A stretch of 64,000 bases of DNA from Camelus ferus (Eukaryota): the NCBI RefSeq assembly GCF_009834535.1, contig NC_045725.1, positions 19,840,001 to 19,904,000 on the forward strand, in the 5' to 3' direction. How positions within the stretch are numbered: position 1 is the first letter of the stretch; each line of letters begins with the position of its first letter. Under the pieces are notes generated by a model that worked only from the letters and a program-made list of their open reading frames with translations, was not told the DNA's origin and searched no databases. Positions 1 to 12,610 of this stretch are shown piece after piece. The position numbers were made by a program, and so were the translations under genes.

Positions 1-1254
1 AGATTTATGTGTTCACCTGTTTGACTACCTCTCAAGTTAAAAAAAAAAAAAAAAAACCACATTATTTATTGTATATAATAAAATGAGGAGGTCCTTCCTT
101 GGTTTCCAAAAATACATTCTGGAATCCCAGGTCATCTATTACATATTAAAAAGAGGATTACATTTGTTAGTAAGAAGGTAGAAATCTAGCAAAAAGGAAA
201 CACAAAAGCAAAGAGTAACCTACAATAAAAGTGGATTTGAAGAACCCTTACATAAACAATACAGAATTTAAGATAACTTCCTGCTTTTCAGTTTGTGCTC
301 CTTCTCAGTTCAGGAAGTTTATTTAACACATAATCTGATAAGTGTGCTGTAATCATTATTTGCCTTAAAATGTTTCTCTTCAGCAATTTTGTTCCAAAGT
401 AAAAATAGAACACTCTGAATAAGACCTGTTAACATACCAGAGAATTAGCACCACTTCTCCTATAAATATAAACATGTGGCTATAAGAAATGTGCTGAAAA
501 GTATATTTGGCCAGATTGCTATTTTAGTAAAATAAAGGAATAGCAAACTGTCACATGTCAGTCTTCTTCACATTGGGTGGGAGAGGTTCCATTTCAAGGT
601 TGTTGTAAATGCCTTCCTCTCTGAGCAAAAATCCATTAAGTCCATTTTCACATAGAGACCATCCTCCCGGAGGACAAGGAACAGAATTTCATTCATCCTG
701 CCTACCCAGAACCTTGAATAGGTGCTTATGTAAAGTTGAATAGCCAGCGGCATAAGATTTACTAAAATAAAGTATCCTGGTAAGTATCTAAACTTGAACA
801 TAAGGTGACGGCCTACCGCGTGACAGGAGGAAATGGAGGTTATCTGGAGATGTAGAACATGCATAATGAAATCTTCAAATCATTGTGAATTTAAGTCCCA
901 ACTACCCTTCCAGAGCCATGCATGGCCCTGCTTCAAGAGGGTCTGCTCCCAATGTGCATTAACAGTTTACCTCCTCAAGTTCTCTTTTAAGAATGTGTGG
1001 CATGAGGGCCAACTTAGTTTACATGCTAGCTAAAATGGGTAATGACTCATCCATATTTTAACTCCTCAGTGTGCCTAGCACTGAGACCTACCATGGCAAC
1101 AGCTCACTAAATATTGAAATGAACACAGAAGAACTATTGCTGCTGATTGAATCAAGGACTTAAACAACTATTCTTGTTTTTGTTTTATTTTTAGCATAAA
1201 TATATTCCATTAGTCATTGCAACTACTGATACTGGTAATAATAATAATAGTTGT

Positions 1255-1484
1255 AGGGGGAGGGATAAATTAGGCAGTTTGGGATTAACAGATACACACT
1301 ACTATATATAAAGGAGATAAAGAACAAGGACTTATTGCATAGCACAGGGCATTATAGTCAATATCTTGTAATAACTTATAAAGGAAAAGAATCTGAAAAA
1401 GCATCTATGTATGTATAACTGAATCACACTGCTGTACACCTGAAACTAACACAACATCGTAAATCAACTATACTTCAATAAAAA
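1255..1484 (+). mobile_element. LINE-1 3' UTR fragment (cetartiodactyl type), 5'-truncated
   Basis: Runs from GGGATAAATTAGGCAGTTTGGGATTAACAGATACACACTACTATATATAAA to GCTGTACACCTGAAACTAACACAACATCGTAAATCAACTATACTTCAATAAAAA, the characteristic L1 3' terminus with a polyA signal. Confidence 0.85.
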
Positions 1485-1597
1485 GTTGTTCTTTTAGAAA
1501 GAAAAAGGAAAAATTAATAGTGGTAGTAGTAATAGCAGTAGGAGGAGGAGGACGAATGTGAAATAAAAGTGGTGGTAAGGGGATCAGGTACAGTGGC

Positions 1598-1828
1598 AGC
1601 AGCTATTGTAACCGAGTGTCTTCTGAGAGCCAGGCACAAGTGCAGGTCCTTTACACACATACTAATAAGGCAGAAGATAGGACCCCCGCCGGACACACGG
1701 GGACATTCAGGGTGGAACCGTGGCCTGACCGACACCACGTGGCTGGCAGGCGGTGGAGCCAGGCTGGGAATCCAATGAGACTAGACTTCAAAGCTTGATG
1801 CTTGACCTCTACCCACCGCACTGCCTCC
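1598..1828 (-). mobile_element. MIR SINE, diverged
   Basis: Colinear with the reverse-complement MIR consensus: GAGCCAGGCAC...CTTTACACACAT...GGTGGAGCCAGGCTGGGAATCCA...CTTCAAAGCTTGATGCTT...CACTGCCTC. Confidence 0.55.
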
Positions 1829-2629
1829 CTCTATTCTGGGTGCTCGGTTTCTCTTGCCCTCACCCTCACCATTAAGAGGAGTCAATCTTCTTCTCTTCAG
1901 TTCCTCTTAACATCAAAAGCTGATCTTTTAAATTGACTCCAGAGGAGCCTCTAAACTCAGTCCTGTAGGGCAGGCCTGGGTGTGAGTACCCTCTGGACAA
2001 CTTCGGACAGTGTGTCTCATCTTGGCAGGCTTCAGGCCCCCCGTCTGGAAAATGTTGGTATAATAATACTACTTGCTGTAAGAATTCACTTAGATAATAT
2101 AAAGTGCTTTGCAAATTCCTAACACTTCCGGAGCTTGAACTGATAGACAAGGCGTATTGGTACATATACTGTATGTGTAAACTATTTTACTATATATGTA
2201 TATAATAGATGTTATACATAACACGACTATAAGTTAGAATGCAATATGATATATTATTATACGTAAGCAATACACATACATATCATACAAATCTGTACAT
2301 GGCTGAGGCGGGTGAGGCTGTGAAACAATACTCTTCTCTTGAACAACTGAACTCTTAGTTCTTGTCTCTGAGATCTGCCACCGCCCTTGCTTCTCCACAG
2401 CCTCTAGTCTTTTGTCTTTTCGTTTCAACCTCTTGTCTCTAACCTTGATTTCCATAGTCTGGTCAACTATCTTCTCTAATGAGGCTCAAATTCTTTTTCT
2501 TTTTTGGTGTTATTTCTTTTCCCCCCAGTCTTCTCATTTTAGTCCTCTCAAATTTTTGTCCTTCTCCTTCTAGACTTTTCCTTGCGCTTTCTCTGAAAAG
2601 CTTCACCTGCTGTAACATCGTCATACTGA

Positions 2630-2790
2630 ATAGTAAGTAAGTGTTTACCCATCTGATTTCTCCCTTCTCCTCTGGGGGCTCTTCAAGGGCGGAAAGTGAG
2701 CCTCAATCATCTTTGTATGTCTGGCCTCTAGCACGGTAGGCCCTGGTACATAATATGTCTTCAATAAATGCCAACTGGATCAATTAAGTA
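2630..2790 (+). mobile_element. LINE-2 3' end fragment
   Basis: GCTCTTCAAGGGCGGAAAG...CATCTTTGTATGTCTGGCCTCTAGCACGGTAGGCCCTGGTACATAATATGTCTTCAATAAATG resembles the L2 3' terminus. Confidence 0.5.
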
Positions 2791-3612
2791 GTCGATTAAT
2801 TAACTGACTATGTTTACATGATTCCAAAGGTTCCAGTCATGAAGATAACTTCTCCATCTCTACCCTAGTAGACATATCACTCCTACACCTGTATATTCAG
2901 TCCTGTCCTCAACTTTTCTCCTGTGCCCCTGGAGTGGTCTTTAAGAACACCACCAACTCATGAATGCTTCATACGAAACCTAAAATTTGACCCTTACTAC
3001 TCAAAAGGCTCAACACATATTTTCCACAAAACTTCTGCTGCTTCCTAATTACTCTCTCAGTCCTTTAAAATATATTTAGAGAGTCAGAATGTGTAAAGCC
3101 TATGAAGAAATTAGTTGTATGTTCACCTAAACACACGCATGAAGGTTTACATTTGTTTTTATCTATGATCGGTTTGGCTGAAAAATGGTTGGACTTCCCT
3201 AAACATGTCGAGCTGTCAGATGGTTGATCATTCACCCCAGGAGGCCAGGTTCCATAGAGAATCTAGAACAGCTCGGGTAATGCAGGCACAACCTGGGAAC
3301 CACAGAGTTAGTGACAATGCACTCCTCCAGCAGAAAAGACACTGTAGGAGACAGGAAGGAAGTCACAGCGAGAAGAAGAGGGATGGATTGTGGAGAGTTT
3401 TGAAGAGGACTGTTACTCTGGGGAATATACACAGCAAACAGGTCAGAAGAATTTAAAACAGCTGGCTGAGAAATTCCTCCTCCTTTAGCATACAGCAAGG
3501 AGGTCTAGACAGGATATTCAGCACTGGGATTCTAATTTCTTCACTATGGAGAGTAGCATGGGTCAGGTAGAATCAGAAGACAGTAGGTACTCAATGCAGC
3601 TGGTGGAAATGG

Positions 3613-3706
3613 TTTGATTTATTTTAATGGAGGTACTGGGGATTGAACCCAGGACCTCGTGCACGCTAAGCATGCGCTCTACCACTGAAATATATCCTCC
3701 CCCTGG
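3613..3706 (-). mobile_element. tRNA-Ala-derived camelid SINE (Vic-1-like)
   Basis: Reverse complement reads GGGGAGGATATATTTCAGTGGTAGAGCGCATGCTTAGCGTGCACGAGGTCCTGGGTTCAATCCCCAGTACCTCCA plus an A-rich tail. A 15-bp TSD AGCTGG(T/C)GGAAATGG lies at 3598-3612 and 3707-3721. Confidence 0.9.
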
Positions 3707-3944
3707 AGCTGGCGGAAATGGAAATGGCAACAGAAATGGAGACAGAACGAGAGATAGAAATAAAACAATCAAGGCAATGACTCAAGAACTGGGCTTCAAT
3801 ACAACACACAGTTTGGGTATATTTCTTCACAGGAAGTGACATGGCGTAAGCGTCCTTACACTATCCATGCACAATTTGCCTGAACTCTTCTATGTTAAGT
3901 CCTCCAGAATGGCACCACTAAGTATTAAAAACAATGTTCTAAGA

Positions 3945-4169
3945 CAGAGACCACCAAATATTTTCTTAAAGGGCTAGAGAGTAAATATCTTAGTCATTGC
4001 CAGCCATGTATGTGGTCTCTGTCACAATTACTCATCTGTGCCCTTGTGGCACCAAATCAGCCATGCATAATACGCCAGTGAACAGGTAAGGCTGTGTTCC
4101 AATAAAACTTTATTTGTAAGAATGGGCTGTGCGTCAGACTGGCTCCAGGGAAGAGTTTGCTGACTCCTT
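3945..4169. mobile_element. MER58A-like hAT-Charlie MITE
   Basis: Colinear match to the recalled MER58A consensus: AAAGGGCTAGAGAGTAAATATCTTAG...GGTCTCTGTCACAATTACTCA...GGCTGTGTTCCAATAAAACTTTATTTG...AGTTTGCTGACTCC. Confidence 0.8.
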
Positions 4170-5419
4170 CTATAAGGTGAAGGTATAGTGCTTTTATAGG
4201 ACACATCCTCAAAACTCATCTGGCAAGGGTAAAAATGTCGGGAAATCTTATGGATACCTGCTTTCCACCTGACTCTCCCCCTCACCCCAGCCCCACCCAG
4301 AATGTCCATACACTGCGGTCAGAATTTAGCCTTCTAAAGCCCAGAGCTCTCCTGTTTTCTCGGCAGAAAATCCTTCAGAGCTGGCACATACTCATTGCCC
4401 GACCTCTACCCCACGTCTAATGGAGCCCTGATTTGCCTTTCAGGCCTCTCTTTCCTCTTCCACACGCTGGGAGCCAGCCGCTGTTCAAAGCACTGGAGAA
4501 CAGAACATTTCTCATATACATCCTCTTCTCAACTCATCCTCAGCACCGTGGGAGGCACACGGAATCCGGGCCTTTCCCAACTGCCTTCTCCTCTCTCCGC
4601 ATCTCTGGCCACTGCCAGCTTCAGAGCTTCAGGTCTGTTAAGAGCACGTCTGCCAGGCCCTGACCTCTGAGCCACACTGCCAGGCTCCCCACTTAAACAC
4701 TGACCTGTCTCTCTTTCAAAACTCCATTCAGAACTCACTTGTGCCGCGAAGTCTTTCCTAGGTAAACGAACCAGTCTCCAAGCTTCAGTTGACTCAATAT
4801 TTACACACATTGCTTTAAAAACAGCCTGAGATCTTTACGAGGAAAATGATATTTTAACACCAAGCAACCAACTAACTTTACAGAATTAGAACAGGATTTC
4901 AATTTGTAAGCCTCCCGATAGTGATTGGAGAGCATTTGTATCCAGCTATATTCCATTTTCCCTCCAAGGATGTAGAGCTGGTATATGTTTTATTATGTTT
5001 TCTCCTAATTCCTTATTGTAAATATATTTAAATATTCAGCATGTGACACTGACTATATGAACTAGTTCACAAGCCAGTTCAACAAAAATCATGAAAGGAC
5101 TCAGCAGCTCAAACATGTCTACACCACAATAATCTCATATAACAATTTTTCCAGGAACCAAATACTTTTAATCTTTTCACACAAATATTTCACAGAAAAG
5201 AAAATGCATAAAAGTCAATTGATGACTCAAAATTAAACTGGACTTTAAAGCAAGTCCAAACAAAATGCCAAATAGAGAAGGATGGGTGGGGAGAGGGCAG
5301 ACACAGGATTCTACATTGATTTTAAATTTTATCAGGAAAACTACATGCGTCATTATTGTAACTAAGAAAACTTTTACAAAGAAGCAAGTTGGGAAAATCT
5401 ACTATGTATACTTATACAT

Positions 5420-6260
5420 ATACATTTAAACAAATTAAACAATTTGGTACTGGTGCCAGAAAGGACAAAGCAATGGAAGTACGTATAGAGAGATTTATGA
5501 TAAATGTGTCATCTAAAAATCAACCAGGAAAGAATTAATCAACACATGGTACCAGATATTTGTCCAGAATTTGACAAAAAGAAATTAGGTAGGTCTTTGC
5601 TTCATACTTTATGCCAAAATGTATTTAAAGGCAAAGAATAAAAAAGTAAAAGCAACAGAACAAAATATTAGCATTTAAAAAAAATTAAAGTAGTTTGCTA
5701 GTTATGACATTAGATGTAGAAAAATAAGATGTAAAAAAAAATGTCTGGAAAAATCTTTGCAACAAATAGTTCAAAGGAGAGGATAAATACCCTTAGCAAA
5801 TAAAAAGCTCAGACTGCATTAAGAAAAAAACTAAATAGACTGGCAGAGAACATGAACCATTCCTTTATGGAAGGAATAAATTTAAAATTTGGCAATAAAT
5901 ATGAGAAGATGTTTGGCAAATTACAATAAGGCAAATTTTGAGCTGCCAGTGAGGAAGTTCACTTTCATATATAGTTAATGAGAATGTAAATTGGTATAAA
6001 ATCTCTGGAAGGCAATTTAAAATGTACAGCAAAATTTTAAAAGCATGTGACTTTGAAATTTCAATTTTCAAATTTTACCCTAAGGATATAATTGGACAAG
6101 CGCACAAAACTATGTGGACGTAGATGTCTATGGCAACTCTGTGTTTACGAAAATTTGGAAAAAATTAGCAGTGGCTTTGTTAAATTAATGAGTAAGTATG
6201 AAAATGATGTGGCAAATTTACATTTAATGAAAAAGCACGTTTTAAAAAAGTAGCACGTGT
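5420..6260 (+). mobile_element. Ancient LINE-1 (L1ME-like) ORF2 end / 3' remnant
   Basis: A-rich sequence with degenerate L1 motifs: TGGTACTGGTGCCAG, GAGAATGTAAATTGGTATAAAATCTCTGGAAGGCAATTT, CCCTAAGGATATAATTGGACAAG. Confidence 0.55.
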
Positions 6261-6716
6261 GGTGTATGATCCATTACCCTAAAAAGTTTCTGCAGGTTTA
6301 ACCATTCTCTACAATACCTCAGTCAAATCATGATGTTTATTAGACTATTTCTTCTTCTGGCAAATTCCATTGCTTGCAATTGTTACAAATAACATGCTTG
6401 AGTAACTTCATGGGGTTCTGCAAGATAATTCTAGATAGTAGGAAAAGACACAGAATGAAGATTATCTTCATTTCCGAAGTATTTCTTGAACTTTGTTTAT
6501 AGCAAGATAAAGAATAATCTGATTATTTTGGTGCACAGCCCAGGTGAGAGCTGCCACAGACGTTTATCAGATAGATATTTAGAGCTATCTATAGAAAGTA
6601 TTGAAAACAAACCTTTCCATGTAAATATAAATGGGATAAGACCATTTGACCAATTTTTAAAAGGCTGAAAGCTAAATCAATTTTATTTTTAGTTTTCCAT
6701 ATTGTGGTTATGACAT

Positions 6717-6848
6717 GGGTGGGGGGGTGCACAGATAATTTAATTTATTCATTTAATTTTTTTTTTAGAGGAGGTACTGGGGATTGAACCCAGGACCTTG
6801 TGCATGCTAAGCATGTGCTCTACCACTTGAGCTATACCCTCCTCCCCA
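6717..6848 (-). mobile_element. tRNA-Ala-derived camelid SINE (Vic-1-like), full length
   Basis: Reverse complement reads GGGGAGGAGGGTATAGCTCAAGTGGTAGAGCACATGCTTAGCATGCACAAGGTCCTGGGTTCAATCCCCAGTACCTCC plus an AT-rich tail and C-run. A perfect 10-bp TSD GTTATGACAT lies at 6707-6716 and 6849-6858. Confidence 0.92.
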
Positions 6849-7422
6849 GTTATGACATTTTAAAAATAATTTACTAAAGCTCATTACAAAAATATAGAGA
6901 AGACTCTGGGATTAGCAAATAGAATCTCCCATTCTCCTATTGTAGCTTCCTCACTTTGTTTACCTAAACAGCTTTCTGTCGAGGTGCTGGTAAGTGCCTG
7001 CTTGTCAGCAGAGCGAGGACAACTTCGGAGGACCTTGCACTCCACAGAGCACAGTAGCCGACCACAGTGATAATCTCTGCTTTTCTCATAAACCACAAGT
7101 CAGCTCTCTAGCGCCCCCCAACAAAACAGCAGGCCTTTCAACTACACAGGTGTTGAGAGGCAAACAGGTTGAAGGTCTAACAAGCTTTTATAGATGGGAG
7201 GTGCTATTTCTAAAATTGCTTAAACCAATTGTTTTCATAGCCACATGGATAGGCCTTCTTTACTTTAAATTTCTAAATCTTACGTGAACTGAAAGAAGCA
7301 AGTCATTTATACAGTGGGCTTAAAATCCTTCAAAGATGATATTTGCTTGATTTGTTACTTGGCTTTTTTTCCCCTCCAGAAAAGGTAGGTATTGATCTAT
7401 TTACTTATTAATTGTTCATTTA

Positions 7423-7731
7423 CAGGTCCATAATCCCTTGTCTTAAATTCTGATATTCCAAAAGCTCTGAAAACATTCTGCAGTTTTGTGACCCACCTGA
7501 CCTGAAGTGAAGTGAGGATGTCTATAATCTTTTTTTTAAATTTTACTACCTGTGATGACTCTTGCATTTGCTATAGAAATAGTCATCTATTTAATTACTA
7601 GACACTGCCTCAGATTCCATGGTGTCTTAAACAGCACATGTCACACACACCATATTCACTTCCCAAAATGCAAAGGATTCCTGAACTCTGAAACATTTAT
7701 GGCTCTAAGGGTTTTGATTCAGGAACTACTG
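7423..7731. mobile_element. Old DNA-transposon MITE (TcMar-Tigger-like, family not assigned)
   Basis: The left end TA|CAGGTCCATAATCCCTTG and the right end (reverse complement CAGTAGTTCCTGAATCAAAACCCTTAGAGCCATAAATGTTTCAGAG) both resemble the same recalled MITE terminus. Confidence 0.4.
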
Positions 7732-8984
7732 CCAACAAAAGTTCTTTTAAAGTGCTTAAGGCATGGTTTGAAAAAAGAAACTACTACAGCAATTATCGTT
7801 TAATTACTTTGGGGGACACCGTCAACACCTAAATGGATTTAAAGTGAAAGCAGCTTTCAATTCCCTTAGAATATTCACACCTCGCCTGCTCAAGTTAAGC
7901 ATGAGTATTTGAACATGTCCAGTTTGTCCAAACCCAGTGGCTCTCCTACTTGGAGACCGTGTAGACCTTTACTCATTGTTCGCCATATGGAAATTTTATT
8001 TCTCCTGGAGAGCATTTTCACACAGAACTACTAACCATATCTATTAATGTTTTTGGTTGTTTTGATTTGTAAACTACTTAACTGGACACTTAATGTTTAC
8101 AGCTATCTGAAGAAAGTCTAACGCACTCCAAATCAAAAACAGAGCAACATCCAGGTTCCACTCATGTTGTAGAGACAAAGATTCACTTCCCTCTGGACCA
8201 ACATGATCTTTTTTGCTCTGAAATGGGTGTTCCACATTCAAAGCTAAGTTTCTCTAAAGTTTTTCAGCATACAGCTCTAAAATTGTCACGGCATCCTGAG
8301 TTACACTGTGGCATGTGCGTACATGACTGTGTACATTTATGTATATGCATCTTCTTATATACTTACATTTATTTGTTTATTTGTAGACTGTCCCCATTCA
8401 AACACCCAAAAACCTATCTGCCATCCTCCCAACTTTTGCCAACATAGACAACAGCTCTGGCAACTTCTATTCCTTAGCCTGAAATGCCAATACTGGCTAA
8501 TGGAGTTGGGGAAATTATGACATGTGAAGAAATTTTCACAGTTCAATCATGTTTCAGACTCCCATTGTTTTGTGTTTCACCAGTGCATCTAGGAGTGTAA
8601 AGAAAAATGTCTAAAGAGGATACACACAATTCATAGGGTTAGTTCTTCGTTAAATACCATTTTCACGTTCCAGGAACTGTGTAAGCACTGAGGATAAATC
8701 ACAATACAATGTAAGTTTCATTTATGGATGTCCAAGAAAACATAAACAAATAAACAAGTTAGCAGAGTAAGGTAGAAACATTTGACACGTCTAGTGAAAT
8801 GAGTTAGGTGTGCAAGGCACCCTGGAAATTCAGACAGAAGAAAGACTATAAAATACAATGAAAAGCTGAAAAGATACGCAAAAAATGAATTATAGATGAT
8901 CACACTCCAGATAAGATGTAATAAGGAGAAGAAACATCATTAACTTGATTTGTCTTGAGTGTTTTATTATCTCCAATGAAATGT

Positions 8985-9750
8985 TCATCAGTAGATTCTA
9001 AAACCAATAGGCGATAGATGCTGGGAAACTAGGAGTTGGGGAGTGGGCTGTCAGCACATGAGTTCACCAATCAATTGAAGTATCATGAAGAGGGAATGTC
9101 CAGATACTATCTACCTCTTGCTGTGAAGCAAAATGATGAAGACAAGAGAATTTACGGGGGGAAAAAAAGGAATCTAAATCTGATGAAAGCTTTAGATCCA
9201 ATAATCAGTTTACAGGAAATGCAAAGAATAGAATAACATGATAAATGACACCACAAGGAAGCCATCAGCCAAATCCATTTTGGGGACATTATAGAGGAAA
9301 AATGACCCAGTTATAACATTAAAAGGAGGAGGGATGGGGAAAATTTAGATTTTTTAAAAGACTTAAGACACATGGCAATCAAATGCAATGTGTGGACCTT
9401 GTTTGGATTCTGATTCAAACATGCCAAGTGTAAAAAGATATTTGCAAGACAACTGGGGAAAATCTCAGTATGCTATTAAAGTATTATTGATAGTTTTGCT
9501 AGCTGTAATACCAGCACGTGGCTATGAAAAGCAAAGGAGGGGGTTTATTTGTTAGAGATGCTCCTGAAATATTTATAGGTAAAATAATACACTATCTGGG
9601 ATTTGCTTCAAAATATTTTAGAAGCATAAAGTGGAAAAGATGCTATATAAAAATGACTTGGGAAATGACATCTGTGGAAACTGAATGACGGTAGGGCATT
9701 TTGCAATTTTCTCTATTTCTTCATGTAGTTGAAAATTTCCATAATAAAAA
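8985..9750 (+). mobile_element. Ancient LINE-1 3' end (L1MC4/L1ME3-like)
   Basis: Contains AAATGCAATGTGTGGACCTTGTTTGGATTCTGATTCAAAC and ATCTGGGATTTGCTTCAAAATA, and ends AAATTTCCATAATAAAAAAG. Confidence 0.6.
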
Positions 9751-12186
9751 AGCTTCAGAAGCTTAACATATCAATAAAATGAATTCTACATATTTTCAAA
9801 CTTAACGAAGGAGACTGAGACTCAGCGTGCCTTCTGAACACCAGCAGTGGGGTTAGAATCTGCAGATGCCTCTAAGATTTATACTCAGTACCTTTCCTGG
9901 AGTCACAAAGTTGTTAAATCTGACATGGAGACAAAGTCTTGGGAGACACGAGACTAAAGGTCCAGCAGTTGGTCAGAGAAAGAGCCAGAAGTCCCACCTG
10001 ACCAGAGGAGCAGATCTGTGCCAAGACGAATCATTCCTTTGCAAGTCGGTAGGGGCAGAACTGACTGAGGTCCATAAACAGGCAGGCAGCACGCCACAGC
10101 CATCACGAGGAAACACACGTCCCCAGCAAGCACACAGGACAGCCCACCTCGCACTCCCCCTGTGCACCCATACTGCCCTCACACCTGCGCAGGTGCTCAC
10201 CATGAAATTCTAAAATACTTAAATACTCTAATTTTGCCATTAAGATTAAAAAAAAAAAAAAAAGGTATGGGGAAGCAAATGCCAGCAGCTGGATTTTTAA
10301 AAGCTGACATAAATAAAAATGTATTCATTAGATGTTTATAAAAGTCAAAATTCAGCCGTTTGTTAAACTGGGTTATTTGGCTACTGCTCAAACATCAGCC
10401 TGTCAATCTGCAGGAGCAAAGGGTTGTGCGTTTTTAGCTTTCAGAACATCAGAGTTTTTTCTGCACCCTGCAGTGAATCACAGAGAAGAAGCCACTTCCC
10501 ACACTGAGTTGGCGTCCTGTGCCGGTCACCCCGGGTCCTGGAGAACGGGTCTTCCCAGTGGGGTGCTCCGTTACTCCAGGGATGGGGACAAGCATGTCTG
10601 ACCCCCAATCCCAGCTCTACGTTCTAAGAGAGAAGTGTTCAATCAACCGAGCAAAACAACAAAGAGCTTCAGTCTGTACCTTAGGAAGTCTGTACTTCCT
10701 AATTCAGAGCCAGCCTCTCACCATGCCCACGTTTGGGACATCATCTTCCCAAACAAGGATGTTGGGGTGCTCTGGATGTGCGTGTACTGCAGACGACAAC
10801 TGTCCTGCAAACTTCAGAGCCCAGAGATCTCACTAGCCTCTCAGAATGTGAAGCAAAGGATGAGAAAGTCTTGATAGATAGGAATAAATTCTACCAATTT
10901 GCAGGACAAGAAGAGCGGCTAAAAAGTCATGGCTCAGGCAAAGGGAATATTAACTAAGGGCCAGGTACTAGGTAGGGAAATAATGAACACGGGACAGAAG
11001 AGAAGAAATATAAGTAGGTATTGGCTAAACTGCAAAAAGTGTTTTCTTGTACAAGTAAGTTGAGAATATGTTTTACAATATACTATATAGTTGTTTGGGG
11101 GAAATGTACCCTTTTTTCTTATAATCTTTGCATTTTTGGTGGCATTACCTGTCCTGATTCAAACCTGAATGACTAATATGGATTCAGTTAAATAACCTGA
11201 ATAGAACGTCAGGGTCAAGTCTCGCACATCCGTGTGTGACTGGCTATTCTGGTATCGCTGAGGTCCTCTGAGGCTTCGTGTTTCTCCACTCTGGCCACGT
11301 CATGCTTTTTAATACCTCCTCCAGGAGGTAGAAGTTATCCTTCCTTCATGACTTTTGGATGCCCGATGTGGATAGCAATAGGATGTTCAGAGAGCAGGGA
11401 AGAGTTTGAAAACTGTGGCCAAAATAATCTGGATGAAGCAGCCAAAGAGCCACGAAGGGTCTTGCCTTTTTGGGTGCAGCAGAGAGAACAGGGTCCAAGT
11501 TTTCTTAGACAAGTCACTTAACTTCCCCTCGGCCTCATCTCTCCATTCGTGGGATGGAGATGATCACTGCACAACTTCGTGGAGATGCTTGGAGGAGTGA
11601 GGAGCACTTGTCACATGTAGCCCCTCAGACAGTTTATGAAAGGAAGAGGAGTGCCAGTGAGAGTCAGGAACACTTCCTTTGTTCCTTCACCCTTGGCTTT
11701 TTAAGAAAAGTGCCAGGCACTGGCCTAGATGGTGGAAACACCACAGTCAACGCATGCCTACGTGCATAGCATGAATTTTAATAAAGGACAACACTTCAGC
11801 TGGGAAGTCTCTCCTCAGTCATCAGTCTGATATTGAAATGCCTGTCTCCCCATGTTCCCCGGCACATAGCATGGGTCTCATGCATGCATGGTGCTGAAAA
11901 TCACCCGAGGCTGAATTTAGGATTTCAAGTTGATGTTGTCACCAACCTGCCTCCACTCTCCACTGTAAGGTCCTAGAAGTTGGGATCTTTGTGTCTTTGG
12001 CACCTAGTACCACTTATAAATAGCAGAGAATCAGTACAAATCTAACAACCTGATTAATGGGTTAAAAAATAAAAGAATAAATGATAACCCCTCAGTTTTC
12101 TAACTTATAAAGTGAGGATAATACCAATTTCCCCTTCTTTACTGTATTTAAAAACATTTAGAATGTGTGCAATTCTATACAGGTCT

Positions 12187-12610
12187 GTCTTTTTTATAGC
12201 AGCAACCCAGGTGTTCATCAATGGATATGGCATCTACATTCAGTGGAATATTAGTCAGCCCTAAAAAGGGAATTCTGACACAGGCTACAACATGGGTGAA
12301 TCTTGAGGACTTTACACTAAATGAAATAAGACAAATATAGCATGATTNNNNNNNNNNNNNNNNNNNNNNNNNNNNNNNNNNNNNNNNNNNNNNNNNNNNN
12401 NNNNNNNNNNNNNNNNNNNNNNNNNNNNNNNNNNNNNNNNNNNNNNNNNNNNNNNNNNNNNNNNNNNNNNNNNNNNNNNNNGAAGAACAAGTTCTGGAGA
12501 TTGGTTCCTGACAATGTAAAACATGCTTAATGCTACTGAACTATAATTAGAAATGGTTAAGATGGTAAAATTCAGGTTATGTATTTTATATCACAATAAT
12601 ATTTTTTAAT
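12187..12610 (+). mobile_element. LINE-1 3' end (L1MB-like), interrupted by an assembly gap
   Basis: CAACCCAGGTGTTCATCAATGGAT...GGAATATTAGTCAGCCCTAAAAAGGGAATTCTGACACAGGCTACAACATGGGTGAATCTTGAGGAC...TGCTTAATGCTACTGAACT...AAATGGTTAAGATGGTAAAATT. Confidence 0.75.
12348..12481. other. Assembly gap (134 N)
   Basis: N-run inside an L1 fragment. Confidence 0.99.
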
